A stretch of 46,119 bases of DNA, taken from positions 64,001 through 110,119 of IMG/VR virus record IMGVR_UViG_3300037087_000772, one strand, 5' to 3'. Below, piece by piece: positions 28,642-37,953 of this stretch. The position numbers and the translations under genes were made by a program. Each line of letters opens with the position of its first letter. Position 1 is the stretch's first letter. Source of the stretch: a virus (Duplodnaviria; Heunggongvirae; Uroviricota; Caudoviricetes). The notes beneath the pieces were generated by a model that worked only from the letters and a program-made list of their open reading frames with translations, ran no database searches and was not told where the DNA came from.

Positions 28642-30108
28642 TTACCACCTACGAAGTTTTCCCCACACTACCATTAACTTAGTTTTGATACTTGGGTTCA
28701 ATTCACGATTTAACCACAGTTTAGCACCCTTTAAAGTGGTAAATTCGAGGTTATCCTGAGCTTCATCTGCCTTCTTCAAGATTTCACCGAACTTCAATCC
28801 CGGCTTCATCCCGATTTCAATCAGATGGCGACCCATCAGAATGGACTTCCTCTGTTCAGTTGTAACATGGAGTGTCTTTGCGAGATTCCATACTTCCTCG
28901 ATTTCAGTCCTAACTTTAAGAATCCTTTCTTCATCGACATTATCCCTACCCAGAGCATCAGCCTCAATAACAAAGAGTAAATCCTTGATAGTAGACGGAT
29001 GAATGTTCTTAGAAAGTCTCAGAAGAGCTTTCTTCCTACTACTCAGTCCGTTGATTGAAAAGATGTTGACATGAGCCAAATGGAACTTAATCAGTTTTAC
29101 AATCTGTTCGACCAACACTGGTTTAATTCCAATCCTGTTAAGGATTTCTTCAGCCATCACAGCACCTAATCCCTCATGACCCTTACTTGTAACACAAATT
29201 CTACCACCCTTTTCTTCATGTTCGGTAGTTTGTGGTTTTGCGATATCATGAAGTAACATGGTAAACATGAACTTGGCTCTTTCATCCTCGACAATTCCCT
29301 CTCTTTCACAAATACTCAACATCCTTTTCATGGTCAGTTGGGTATGCTTTTCAACATCACCCTCTGGGTGCCAAATCGGGTCTTGTTCAGTATCTTTCAG
29401 AAGTCCAAGTTCAGGAATAACGACCATAGAACCACTTTCACGAAGAAAATCAAAAATCAGTTCAGGGTGTTTTCCCTTAATTGCCCATTTCATGAATTCT
29501 TCGGATAACCTTTCTTTCGGAAGATGTTTCAGTTCTTCAGACATTTCCCTCATGACCTCAAAAGTTTCAGGTGCCACAGTAAATCCAAAACGGGATTGAA
29601 ACTGTAAACCCCTCAGAACCCTAAGAGAATCTTCCTTAAACTTATCAGAAGTATGACGAATGATACCATTCTGTAAATCTTCCAGACCGTTAAAGAAGTC
29701 AAAAAGGATATTGTTAATTGGGTCGAAACCCAGAGCGTTCCATGTAAAATCCCTACGGAGAGCGGCTTCTTCTTTGGTCATTGGTTCGAAACTAACTTCG
29801 AAATCCTTATGACCAACACCAAGACGATTTTCCTTACGAGGTACGGAAAAATCACATTCCAAATTATCTTTTTTGAATTTCAAAATACCGAAACTCTTAC
29901 CTACGGAATCAACCTTTCCAAGACGGGAAAGAATCTTATCAAGTTGTTCGACAGTACATCCATGCACTTCAATATCAATATCTTTCGGATCAATTTCCAT
30001 AAATTTATCACGGACACATCCCCCGATCAATACGGGTTCAAATCCATTTTTACGGAGTTCCTGAAGAATCGAAATTAATATGTTATCGGTGAATGTGATG
30101 TTCGTCAT
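28642..30108 (-). CDS. cca: tRNA nucleotidyltransferase (CCA-adding, class II) with HD domain
   Basis: LIGGCVRD, DIDIE, RRDFTWNAL, DSLRVLRGLQF, WHPEGDVEKHT, LLHDIAKP. Confidence 0.88.
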   Translation of the reverse strand: MTNITFTDNILISILQELRKNGFEPVLIGGCVRDKFMEIDPKDIDIEVHGCTVEQLDKILSRLGKVDSVGKSFGILKFKKDNLECDFSVPRKENRLGVGHKDFEVSFEPMTKEEAALRRDFTWNALGFDPINNILFDFFNGLEDLQNGIIRHTSDKFKEDSLRVLRGLQFQSRFGFTVAPETFEVMREMSEELKHLPKERLSEEFMKWAIKGKHPELIFDFLRESGSMVVIPELGLLKDTEQDPIWHPEGDVEKHTQLTMKRMLSICEREGIVEDERAKFMFTMLLHDIAKPQTTEHEEKGGRICVTSKGHEGLGAVMAEEILNRIGIKPVLVEQIVKLIKFHLAHVNIFSINGLSSRKKALLRLSKNIHPSTIKDLLFVIEADALGRDNVDEERILKVRTEIEEVWNLAKTLHVTTEQRKSILMGRHLIEIGMKPGLKFGEILKKADEAQDNLEFTTLKGAKLWLNRELNPSIKTKLMVVWGKLRRW

Positions 30109-30131
30109 TTATCTATTTTTAAATTTGACTC

Positions 30132-30167
30132 TACAAAGATACGATCTTTATGCGAGATAAAAAAATT
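30132..30167 (-). promoter_or_regulatory. Bacteroidota primary-sigma-type promoter
   Basis: Minus strand AATTTTTTTATCTC-N9-TCGTATCTTTGTA upstream of cca. Confidence 0.65.
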
Positions 30168-30198
30168 TATATATAAAGAAAATTGAGTTATTTTCTCT

Positions 30199-31146
30199 AT
30201 GATTATTACTGAATTCAACAAATTTAACAAAAGGAATGTGGTGAGCTTCGATTTTGATGGAGTGCTTCATTTAAGTATGATTCCCGGCACGATCCATCCT
30301 GCTGATTGGATCAATTATAAGACATGGATACCGAGTAAAAAATTACACGGAATTTTAAAAAAAGAACATCAGAATGGTAATAAAATAATCGTAATTAGTG
30401 CTCGTGATAAAAAATTTTATGATTTTAATAAACCAGATTTCAATTGGGACTCCCCACCATTAGACATGAAAAAGATCATGATGAAATTTATGAAATTATA
30501 TCAATTACCAGTGGATGATATAATTTTAACTGACAATGGTCCAAAAAAGCAAATTTTAATTGATATGAAGGCCATAAGACATTATGATGATAATATTGAT
30601 ATGGAACGAGAATTAAAAGATACTAATATTGAATTTGTATATGTTTATAATGATAAAATAGTAAGAAGAATTAAAAATAAAGGTAATAATATTTCTGAGG
30701 AAAAAATTATTGATAGTGAAACGATTGGGGAAATTCAAAAGCATATTGCTGATGGAACGAAAAATGACAAACCAATATTAACACCTGACGGTAAAAATGT
30801 GTATGTGATTCGAGCTGTTCAAAAAGGAGAATTTGATCATGTTATGAATAAAGGTGGGGTATCTGGAACATTCTGGGGAACTGAAATAAGTTATCGTAGT
30901 AATTATTATTTTATTAAACCAGATTCAGGATATGATAAAAGTTGGTCTTTTAGCCTTGACTTCAATCCAACCATTAGTAATTGGCCAGATGAACCTCGTA
31001 TTGAAAAACCAAATCCAAATTATAGACTACCAAACAAATTAATAGATCATTTTCAGGAAGTAGGTAGAAGAAGTGCCGTATCCTTAGAGGATATTTCCTA
31101 TATCTTAGATTCAAAAGGAGAAATTGTATATGATAAAGGAATTTAA
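30199..31146 (+). CDS. HAD-family phosphatase fused to a possible ART-like domain
   Basis: VVSFDFDGVLH, VISAR, RHYDDN; C-terminal YVIRAVQKGE...GTFWG. Confidence 0.65.
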   Translation: MIITEFNKFNKRNVVSFDFDGVLHLSMIPGTIHPADWINYKTWIPSKKLHGILKKEHQNGNKIIVISARDKKFYDFNKPDFNWDSPPLDMKKIMMKFMKLYQLPVDDIILTDNGPKKQILIDMKAIRHYDDNIDMERELKDTNIEFVYVYNDKIVRRIKNKGNNISEEKIIDSETIGEIQKHIADGTKNDKPILTPDGKNVYVIRAVQKGEFDHVMNKGGVSGTFWGTEISYRSNYYFIKPDSGYDKSWSFSLDFNPTISNWPDEPRIEKPNPNYRLPNKLIDHFQEVGRRSAVSLEDISYILDSKGEIVYDKGI

Positions 31147-31729
31147 AATATTTGAAAGTAAACAGATTGGTGTGTTATATCATTTCACTACTTTGAGTAG
31201 CCTTTTCGACATGATACTTCGAGCAAGATATGTAACAAGTGAGGAAAACAAAATATTTCTCAAATTCGGATATAAAACAAATATTTCTCTCAGTAGAAAT
31301 TTTAATATGAAATCATCAGAATTAAAAATTGAAAAACAATGTGTAAGAATAGTCATCAATGGAGATAAATTATCAAATCATTATAAAATTGAACCTTTTT
31401 CAGATCCAATATATGATAAAACTCGTTCAGAAAGAGAAGAAAGAATTATGAGAGGTAGAAGAGATGATGTCGCCGATATTACAAATTATATCATTCAAAT
31501 TGATGTTTTAAAAAATCCAGTATTAGCTGATCTTTATCCTTGGAAGCCTATTAATTCATACACTTTTTCAGATCCGAAAAATACTCAATTAAAAATAAGT
31601 GTATCCGAAACAGATGAAATCATTAGATTATATGAAATGTATTTGAAAGAAACCCTAAGATTTTTCGGTTTTTGTAAATTCAACTTTAAAATTAATGTAG
31701 TTGATAAAATGAATCCTGTTCGACTATGA
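31130..31729 (+). CDS. CTS-motif protein with ART-like fold
   Basis: MIKEFKIFES; LYHFT, ISLSRN, INGDKLSNHYKI, EREERI. Confidence 0.5.
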   Translation: MIKEFKIFESKQIGVLYHFTTLSSLFDMILRARYVTSEENKIFLKFGYKTNISLSRNFNMKSSELKIEKQCVRIVINGDKLSNHYKIEPFSDPIYDKTRSEREERIMRGRRDDVADITNYIIQIDVLKNPVLADLYPWKPINSYTFSDPKNTQLKISVSETDEIIRLYEMYLKETLRFFGFCKFNFKINVVDKMNPVRL

Positions 31730-32673
31730 TAACAGATTTTAAAATATTCGAAAGTAAAAATATACAGAATCTTTATCATATATTGGATACTGAAAAATTA
31801 TACTATGTCTTAAAGAATAACGAAATCACATCTTATAAATTTCACTATATATCAACCACGAGAAATAAAATGATGAATGGGTATACTGGTGATAACTCAA
31901 CTTCAATTTTTAAACTTGAATTGGATGGTCCGAAATTGACAGACAATTATAAAATGAAATCATTTCAAGACAGTGGGTGGGAACTTGGTACAGATAATGA
32001 AAGAACTCATTTTTATCATCAGGAATGGGAAGAACAAATACAAACCAATAAAATTAAAAACGCAAAAAAGTACATTGTCAAAATAATATTACTGAAAAAC
32101 AGGATAGATAGATTGAAAGATAGTTCATGGTTCGAAAATCATTTTAGTGAAAGAGGTAGAAAATCAAAATGGATAAATTTACCTGATATATTGAAAGACA
32201 TCATCGACAAATATAAAATAGAACTCTGGGTTCAGGATGGTTCAGTAATCAAAAAAGACGATGAATATGTAAATAGTATCATCAATTATGATGTCAGAAA
32301 AAAATATCATGGATTTGCTTTATATTGGAGGGGATATATTACCCAGAAAGATAGATTTGGTTATTTGGAAAAAACTTTACCATTGGATAAAAGAAATCCA
32401 AAAATAGAAAAACTGGTAGTCGGATATACATATGATAATCTCTGGGTGAAATCAAAATTAGATATATCAAAGAATCTTATAAAAAACAGACCAAAAATAT
32501 TCAAAGCGGAAGCATCATTAAACATCTTCAATTTCGAATATGATGAAGATGATATTCTCAAAAAAGAGGGTGATTTTATTCTTTTAAAACAAGGTAAATT
32601 AAAAGAAATAGATCCAATTCAGAAATATGATTACGCTTGGGATAGAGAAATGGTACTCGATACAGAATTTTAA
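31726..32673 (+). CDS. Paralogous CTS-motif ART-like protein with C-terminal extension
   Basis: MITDFKIFES; LYHIL, ISTTRN, LDGPKLTDNYKM, EWEEQI. Confidence 0.5.
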   Translation: MITDFKIFESKNIQNLYHILDTEKLYYVLKNNEITSYKFHYISTTRNKMMNGYTGDNSTSIFKLELDGPKLTDNYKMKSFQDSGWELGTDNERTHFYHQEWEEQIQTNKIKNAKKYIVKIILLKNRIDRLKDSSWFENHFSERGRKSKWINLPDILKDIIDKYKIELWVQDGSVIKKDDEYVNSIINYDVRKKYHGFALYWRGYITQKDRFGYLEKTLPLDKRNPKIEKLVVGYTYDNLWVKSKLDISKNLIKNRPKIFKAEASLNIFNFEYDEDDILKKEGDFILLKQGKLKEIDPIQKYDYAWDREMVLDTEF

Positions 32674-32781
32674 TCCCAAAAAGTTTGTTTTTTCATATTT
32701 TTTTCGTAATATATAATACTTTATTTTAAAAAATAAATCCAATGTTTTATGGACTGACAAAATAATGATTAAAAAAGAGAA

Positions 32782-33159
32782 ATGAAAAAAAACGGATTTG
32801 GACCTCATTTGATGTTAGATTTAAATGAGTGTAATGTAGATAAGTTGAACGATTACAAATTCATTTTTGAGTTGTTGAACACCATTCCTGATAGAATTGG
32901 GATGACAAAAATAACACAACCCTATGTGTTTCCATATTCTGGGTTAGTTCCTGAAGATGAAGGAATAACTGGAATAGTAATAATAGCAGAAAGTCATATA
33001 AGTATACATACATTTCCAAAAAAGAAATATGTTTTCATTGACATTTTTTCATGTAAATACTTTGATCTGGAAAATATAAAGCAAGAACTAATCAAGACAT
33101 TTGAATCTAAAAAGTTTCATGTTCATTTCACCGAAAGAGGTAAAGATTTTCCGAGATAA
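32782..33159 (+). CDS. speD: S-adenosylmethionine decarboxylase proenzyme
   Basis: FGPHLMLDL, GITGIVIIAESHISIHTFP, FIDIFSC; E-S self-cleavage site. Confidence 0.92.
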   Translation: MKKNGFGPHLMLDLNECNVDKLNDYKFIFELLNTIPDRIGMTKITQPYVFPYSGLVPEDEGITGIVIIAESHISIHTFPKKKYVFIDIFSCKYFDLENIKQELIKTFESKKFHVHFTERGKDFPR

Positions 33160-33519
33160 TTATTTCTTCAATTCATCACCCAAACCATAAAGAAGATAAA
33201 CCTGAGATGTATTATTAAAAAAAGCGTTAGGGTCCATTACATCACTATCACCTTGATTGATGACTGTACCAGAAACATCTACCGTTCTTTTTAATTCATT
33301 TAGTTTATCTTGGGATTCTTTAGTTTGTTTATCCCATTCGTTTGGTCCCTGATTACTATATTTTTCATAATCAGGATAATAATCGTCCTTATTCTGATAT
33401 CCTGATGCATCACGAACCCTGATATCAAACCCATTTACATTTTCAGATTCATTCACATTTTCATATGGTTCTCTGTGAATGTTGAATCCGTTTGGAGAAT
33501 AATTGTAATAATCTTCCAT
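33160..33519 (-). CDS. Hypothetical protein
   Basis: Start MEDYYNY; TAATATATA upstream on minus strand. Confidence 0.5.
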   Translation of the reverse strand: MEDYYNYSPNGFNIHREPYENVNESENVNGFDIRVRDASGYQNKDDYYPDYEKYSNQGPNEWDKQTKESQDKLNELKRTVDVSGTVINQGDSDVMDPNAFFNNTSQVYLLYGLGDELKK

Positions 33520-33599
33520 AGTATTCACAGTTATTTTCTTTCTATATATTATTTCGGAATGATCCTATTTTATATATACAAAAAAACATAGATTATTTT

Positions 33600-34280
33600 A
33601 TGAAAAGAATAGATCCAACAAATACAACATTGATTAATGATTATAATAAAGAAGAAAAACTTACCGAATTAGAATTTTTAAGAAATGATGTTAAAGACTT
33701 ATTAGATGAAATGGATGATTTTCCTACTCCACCACCTGATTTATTACCGGGACTAAATTTAGAACGACAAACACACGATTACGAAAGAGATTTGGAATTA
33801 ATAAAAGAAGAAACCAAAGAAACTCTTGATTGTATATCGAGTTTATATCTTGATGACGAAACAATGCAAAAGAAAAACATATCAAATATTATCCGAAATG
33901 ATGCGGAAACAATTTGTACCATAAAATTTTCAATCGAATGTGCCAAACGTGGTTTAGTTTCTTGTATGAAACAATTAGATGCCGGAACAACTAACGCTGA
34001 AATGTATATGGCTGTTAGTGCTTTTCAAAAGGAAATTCGAGATAGTAGTAAAATGAATTATGAACTCGTAACAAAAATGAAAACATTTTATAAAGAATTA
34101 AGAACCGAATTAAAACAAGATAATTTGAATATATCTGGGGATTCACTTTCTGATCATCCACAACCTAAGATTGGTTCAAAAGAAAACGAGGGTTTATTTG
34201 TGTTCGATCCAAAATTAATAGATGATATTTTGGAAGAACGCAAAAAAAATCCCACCCTTTTAGATGGTGGGACTTTTTAA
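33600..34280 (+). CDS. Hypothetical coiled-coil protein
   Basis: 226 aa; TTTATATATAC upstream. Confidence 0.55.
   Translation: MKRIDPTNTTLINDYNKEEKLTELEFLRNDVKDLLDEMDDFPTPPPDLLPGLNLERQTHDYERDLELIKEETKETLDCISSLYLDDETMQKKNISNIIRNDAETICTIKFSIECAKRGLVSCMKQLDAGTTNAEMYMAVSAFQKEIRDSSKMNYELVTKMKTFYKELRTELKQDNLNISGDSLSDHPQPKIGSKENEGLFVFDPKLIDDILEERKKNPTLLDGGTF
34250..34272. terminator. Hairpin at convergent gene junction
   Basis: tcccacc-N9-ggtggga flanked by A and T runs, inside last codons of 33600-34280. Confidence 0.55.
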
Positions 34281-34286
34281 AGAATT

Positions 34287-35105
34287 TTAATCATTATCAA
34301 GATTAGAATTACCATGACTATCAACACTTGGTTGTACTCTTTCATCATCTTTTATACCATATCTATTTGGTCTCCCTTCTGATTTTATTGATGAATATTT
34401 ATCAGGATATAAATATTTAACAAAATCTTCATCTTTAAGGGTATCTACTGGTATTTTAGGATATTCATATCCATATGTATCATTTGCGAAATATTTCTTC
34501 TCCTTATGATTAATATCAATAACACACAAACCTAAGTCGTTATACTTATAATTAAATAGCATTAATTTTTCTTTTTTGCCTCTTATATAGAAAGTTATGG
34601 TTATACCATTTACTCCCTCATTCCTGACGAGCGGAGATACTTCCGATGAACCGACAATATTTTTTAATCTTTGTCCTAATTCCTGAGCATATGTAATAAT
34701 TTCACTATCTTTCATTTCTACAAATTTCTCAAATGTTTTTGATTCATATCCTCTATCCACTACATTGATTAATGTATCTGGACTTCCAGCCTTACCAGAT
34801 GGATCAAATATTTCTGGTTCTACATCATATTCAGAACCAAGATATAAAGTCATAAAAATTCTGAATCCCGTTATATGTTCGATTAATTCATCAACAACTT
34901 CTTCTGGGGTATCTGTTACATTACTCATAAGATATTCTTTCAATTCTTCATTGGTAGAATCCTCGTCATTATTAACAATCTCCATCAACATATCCCAATC
35001 AGCTAAATTAGAATATTTCTTTTTAAATTCAGTAACCCATTGTAAAAATTCCTCTTTTTTTGGAATATCACTTCTTTCATTGATGAAATCTTTAAATCTT
35101 TTCAT
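34287..35105 (-). CDS. CTS-motif protein
   Basis: MKRFKDFINE; internal SKTFEKFVE. Confidence 0.6.
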   Translation of the reverse strand: MKRFKDFINERSDIPKKEEFLQWVTEFKKKYSNLADWDMLMEIVNNDEDSTNEELKEYLMSNVTDTPEEVVDELIEHITGFRIFMTLYLGSEYDVEPEIFDPSGKAGSPDTLINVVDRGYESKTFEKFVEMKDSEIITYAQELGQRLKNIVGSSEVSPLVRNEGVNGITITFYIRGKKEKLMLFNYKYNDLGLCVIDINHKEKKYFANDTYGYEYPKIPVDTLKDEDFVKYLYPDKYSSIKSEGRPNRYGIKDDERVQPSVDSHGNSNLDND

Positions 35106-35114
35106 TCTTATTAA

Positions 35115-35435
35115 TTATTTTTTTGGTCCATTCAATACAAAATCAGAAAACTTGGTAAAAACTTTTGGCTTATTATTTTTATTACCTTTTTTACTTTTCT
35201 TACTTTTTTTTCTATCTAATTTATCAAAACGATCACCCATATCATAAGCTGCTCTATCCCCACTTCCGACAGTACCAGATCCACCTTGCCAAACTGAACC
35301 CGGAAGTGAACCGACTTGAGCTGTTGTTATATTACCCATTCCATTGATATTGGCTGTAGCAAAAGCTGTACCACCTCCACCGTCTCCATCTTCATTTAAC
35401 TTTATGTATTCACTATATTTTATAATTTTTTCCAT
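35115..35435 (-). CDS. Gly-rich CTS-motif protein
   Basis: MEKIIKYSEYIKLNE; C-terminal VFTKFSDFV. Confidence 0.55.
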   Translation of the reverse strand: MEKIIKYSEYIKLNEDGDGGGGTAFATANINGMGNITTAQVGSLPGSVWQGGSGTVGSGDRAAYDMGDRFDKLDRKKSKKSKKGNKNNKPKVFTKFSDFVLNGPKK

Positions 35436-35438
35436 GTT

Positions 35439-35666
35439 TTACTTTTTAATTTCTTCAACACTGAAATCGTGTAAATAATTTGTTCTTTTAAATTCACTTG
35501 CCTCTCCTCTTGTTTTAAATTGTTTTGCATCTTTCTTAGACTTTGAAGTAATAATATGATCTTTCATCATAATTTCTTGAAAATATGTATTATCTTTATC
35601 TTGCAAAACAAAAACTAATTTATCTTTCTTTTCTGTGAATTCTTCGAATAATTTGATGTATTTCAT
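35439..35666 (-). CDS. Small CTS-motif protein
   Basis: Start MKYIKLFEEFTE (ATG 35666). Confidence 0.55.
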   Translation of the reverse strand: MKYIKLFEEFTEKKDKLVFVLQDKDNTYFQEIMMKDHIITSKSKKDAKQFKTRGEASEFKRTNYLHDFSVEEIKK

Positions 35667-35692
35667 AATATTTTGTTTATTTTTAGATGTCA

Positions 35693-36223
35693 TTATCTCC
35701 ATGTTGTTTGATTTTCCCAATATTTTTTATTTAATTTGGTTATTGATTTTTTTTCTTCACCAGATTTACCAAAATTTATTACTTTCACTTTATCACCTTC
35801 TCTTGCTAAAACACGATATTTATGTTTACCTTTTCCCTCATATTTCTTCGGATGATTAAACCCCGGAAAAGTTTCATTCCTATATTTTAAACCATGAGCC
35901 AAACGCTCAACATCTACACTCTCTCCCTCTGTTAATAGAGATTCTTCCATTTCTTCACCACCTTCCATATATTCATGTCCATCTAATTCGAAACCATGTT
36001 TTTTTGCGTATATATCCGCGTGATAATAAACATGATCAATCCCACTACCGTTTCCTATTAATTCTTCTACGCTGTCATATTCTGGTAGTTGACCATTTTC
36101 TTTACACCATAAATCATAATGATATAACCAATGTTCCAAGATGTTATCAGGTATTAGACCATAATCTACCTCGTAGTAATCACTCTCATTAATAAATTCT
36201 TCATATTTCTTAATTCTTTTCAT
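35693..36223 (-). CDS. CTS-motif protein, acidic N-half and basic C-domain
   Basis: MKRIKKYEEFINE; C-terminal FPGFNHPKK...VLAREGDKVKVINFG. Confidence 0.6.
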   Translation of the reverse strand: MKRIKKYEEFINESDYYEVDYGLIPDNILEHWLYHYDLWCKENGQLPEYDSVEELIGNGSGIDHVYYHADIYAKKHGFELDGHEYMEGGEEMEESLLTEGESVDVERLAHGLKYRNETFPGFNHPKKYEGKGKHKYRVLAREGDKVKVINFGKSGEEKKSITKLNKKYWENQTTWR

Positions 36224-36302
36224 GGTATGTGAAATAATTTTCTGTTATATATTAATTTCTAACAGTGATTTTTTATATATACCTAAAAATAACTGACACT
36301 AA

Positions 36303-36878
36303 ATGAAAAAAGGATATGTTAAACTTTTCGAGGAATTTATTGATGCCGACTATGATATGCAGAGAATTATAAAAGAATTGGAAAAAAGAGCCAATCATTG
36401 GTTCGAAAAAGGTGAACTATCAAAAGATGCCCAATTGGTTGATATTAAACAAACAGAAACGGCAATCTCCACAAGAAAAAGTTTAGTGGTCGAATTCAAT
36501 GATAATGAATTTTATTATCAAGTGATTATAAGGGTAAATATAGAACACATGGATAAATGTGAATTAATAATTAAAAAATACAATCCAAATGCAAAAGATG
36601 GTGATACTTTAAAATTAGAAGATCAATTAACATTAACTGGTGAAGATAGTATTGATGTGAATGATATAAAAGGAAAATTCATACTTGATAAGATATCGGA
36701 ATTAAATGGAAAAAGTAAAAATCCAGATGAAAATGATATAGATATTCCAAAAGAACCAGAACCACCAGAACAACCAGCTCCAGAAACACCACCTGAAGGT
36801 GAAACACCACCTCAATCACAAGCACCACCACAAACTCAGGGGGGTCCACCTGCACAAGAGGCCCCACCATCATTATAA
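36303..36878 (+). CDS. CTS-motif protein with Pro-rich tail
   Basis: MKKGYVKLFEEFID; PEPPEQPAPETPP tail. Confidence 0.6.
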   Translation: MKKGYVKLFEEFIDADYDMQRIIKELEKRANHWFEKGELSKDAQLVDIKQTETAISTRKSLVVEFNDNEFYYQVIIRVNIEHMDKCELIIKKYNPNAKDGDTLKLEDQLTLTGEDSIDVNDIKGKFILDKISELNGKSKNPDENDIDIPKEPEPPEQPAPETPPEGETPPQSQAPPQTQGGPPAQEAPPSL

Positions 36879-36893
36879 AAATAAAAACTTAAC

Positions 36894-37382
36894 ATGAATA
36901 TAGTTTGTTCATCCTTAGTTGCAAGAAACTTTGAAAAAGTAAAAGAATTTAAAAGAGATTTAGGATTTACTCTAAGTCAAGATGTAAAAAATGGAAATGG
37001 TCCTATGAGAACAATATTCAAAATAAGAGATCCCTTTGTTAGACATTATTTTGAAATTTATGGGTTTTATCCTAATAAAAATGGGACTATTGGTAAAATA
37101 GGAATTTATATAGATCCGAAGGTCTTGAATGATAAATTAAAATTGTTCGATGATGATAAAGAATTTGTTTTCGAATTTGATTCGAATATTGAGAATGTAA
37201 GGGCCTATCTTTCAAAAGTTATCGGAGATATTGAATCTGGTACAGTAAAAGCTAAAGATATTGAAGTTAATACCGATGGTAGTATTGAATTCTATGTTGA
37301 TCCTAATTTACCACCAGAACAATATATGGAAGAATTCCTGAAACAGAAAAAGAGAATGGAAGAATTAAATTTATTAAAGTAA
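36894..37382 (+). CDS. Hypothetical protein
   Basis: 162 aa, TAATG-coupled to next gene. Confidence 0.55.
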   Translation: MNIVCSSLVARNFEKVKEFKRDLGFTLSQDVKNGNGPMRTIFKIRDPFVRHYFEIYGFYPNKNGTIGKIGIYIDPKVLNDKLKLFDDDKEFVFEFDSNIENVRAYLSKVIGDIESGTVKAKDIEVNTDGSIEFYVDPNLPPEQYMEEFLKQKKRMEELNLLK

Positions 37383-37682
37383 TGGAAACCAAAAAATTAC
37401 ATACCAAAAAAGATGCTGATTCTGTATTGGAACTTATACAAGAAAACATCTCAAAAGAATCAACATTAATTGGTGGTTTTGGTAAAGGTAAAAAAAACAT
37501 CTCACCATGATATTGATATACTTATCCCAAATAAAAAATTCAATTCGACATTAAAAAACAAATTAAAAAAATTATTGAACACTAAATCGGTTGAAAATAC
37601 AGATTGGGGTGGATGGTATTTTAACGACACAGATTTTGGTGATATTGATATATTTCACACAACAAAAGATTTTGAATATTAA
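37382..37682 (+). pseudogene. Minimal nucleotidyltransferase (Pol beta fold), frameshifted at an A8 run
   Basis: Removing one A from 37490-37497 gives METKK...LIGGFGKGKKTSHHDIDILIP...GDIDIF. Confidence 0.6.
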
Positions 37683-37698
37683 AAAATAATTAAAATGT

Positions 37699-37899
37699 AT
37701 GGATAATATAAATTATAAAGATAATGTAGAAGAAGTAATAAAAGAAATGGAAGATAATGCAAAAAACATCGAAAGTTTCAAAGTAATTACAGAAATTATT
37801 TCAGTCCAAACACCAAAAGTAGAAAATTCTGAGAATGGAACTGCTTATGTTGATAATAATTTAAATGGTATGGGTAACATCGTGAGTCCTCAACCTTAA
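37699..37899 (+). CDS. Small hypothetical protein
   Basis: Ends GTAYVDNNLNGMGNIVSPQP, like a segment of 35115-35435. Confidence 0.4.
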   Translation: MDNINYKDNVEEVIKEMEDNAKNIESFKVITEIISVQTPKVENSENGTAYVDNNLNGMGNIVSPQP

Positions 37900-37953
37900 T
37901 TAAGAATATTTTTTGGTTTTTAGAATCAATATATATAAGAAAAAACACATCTT

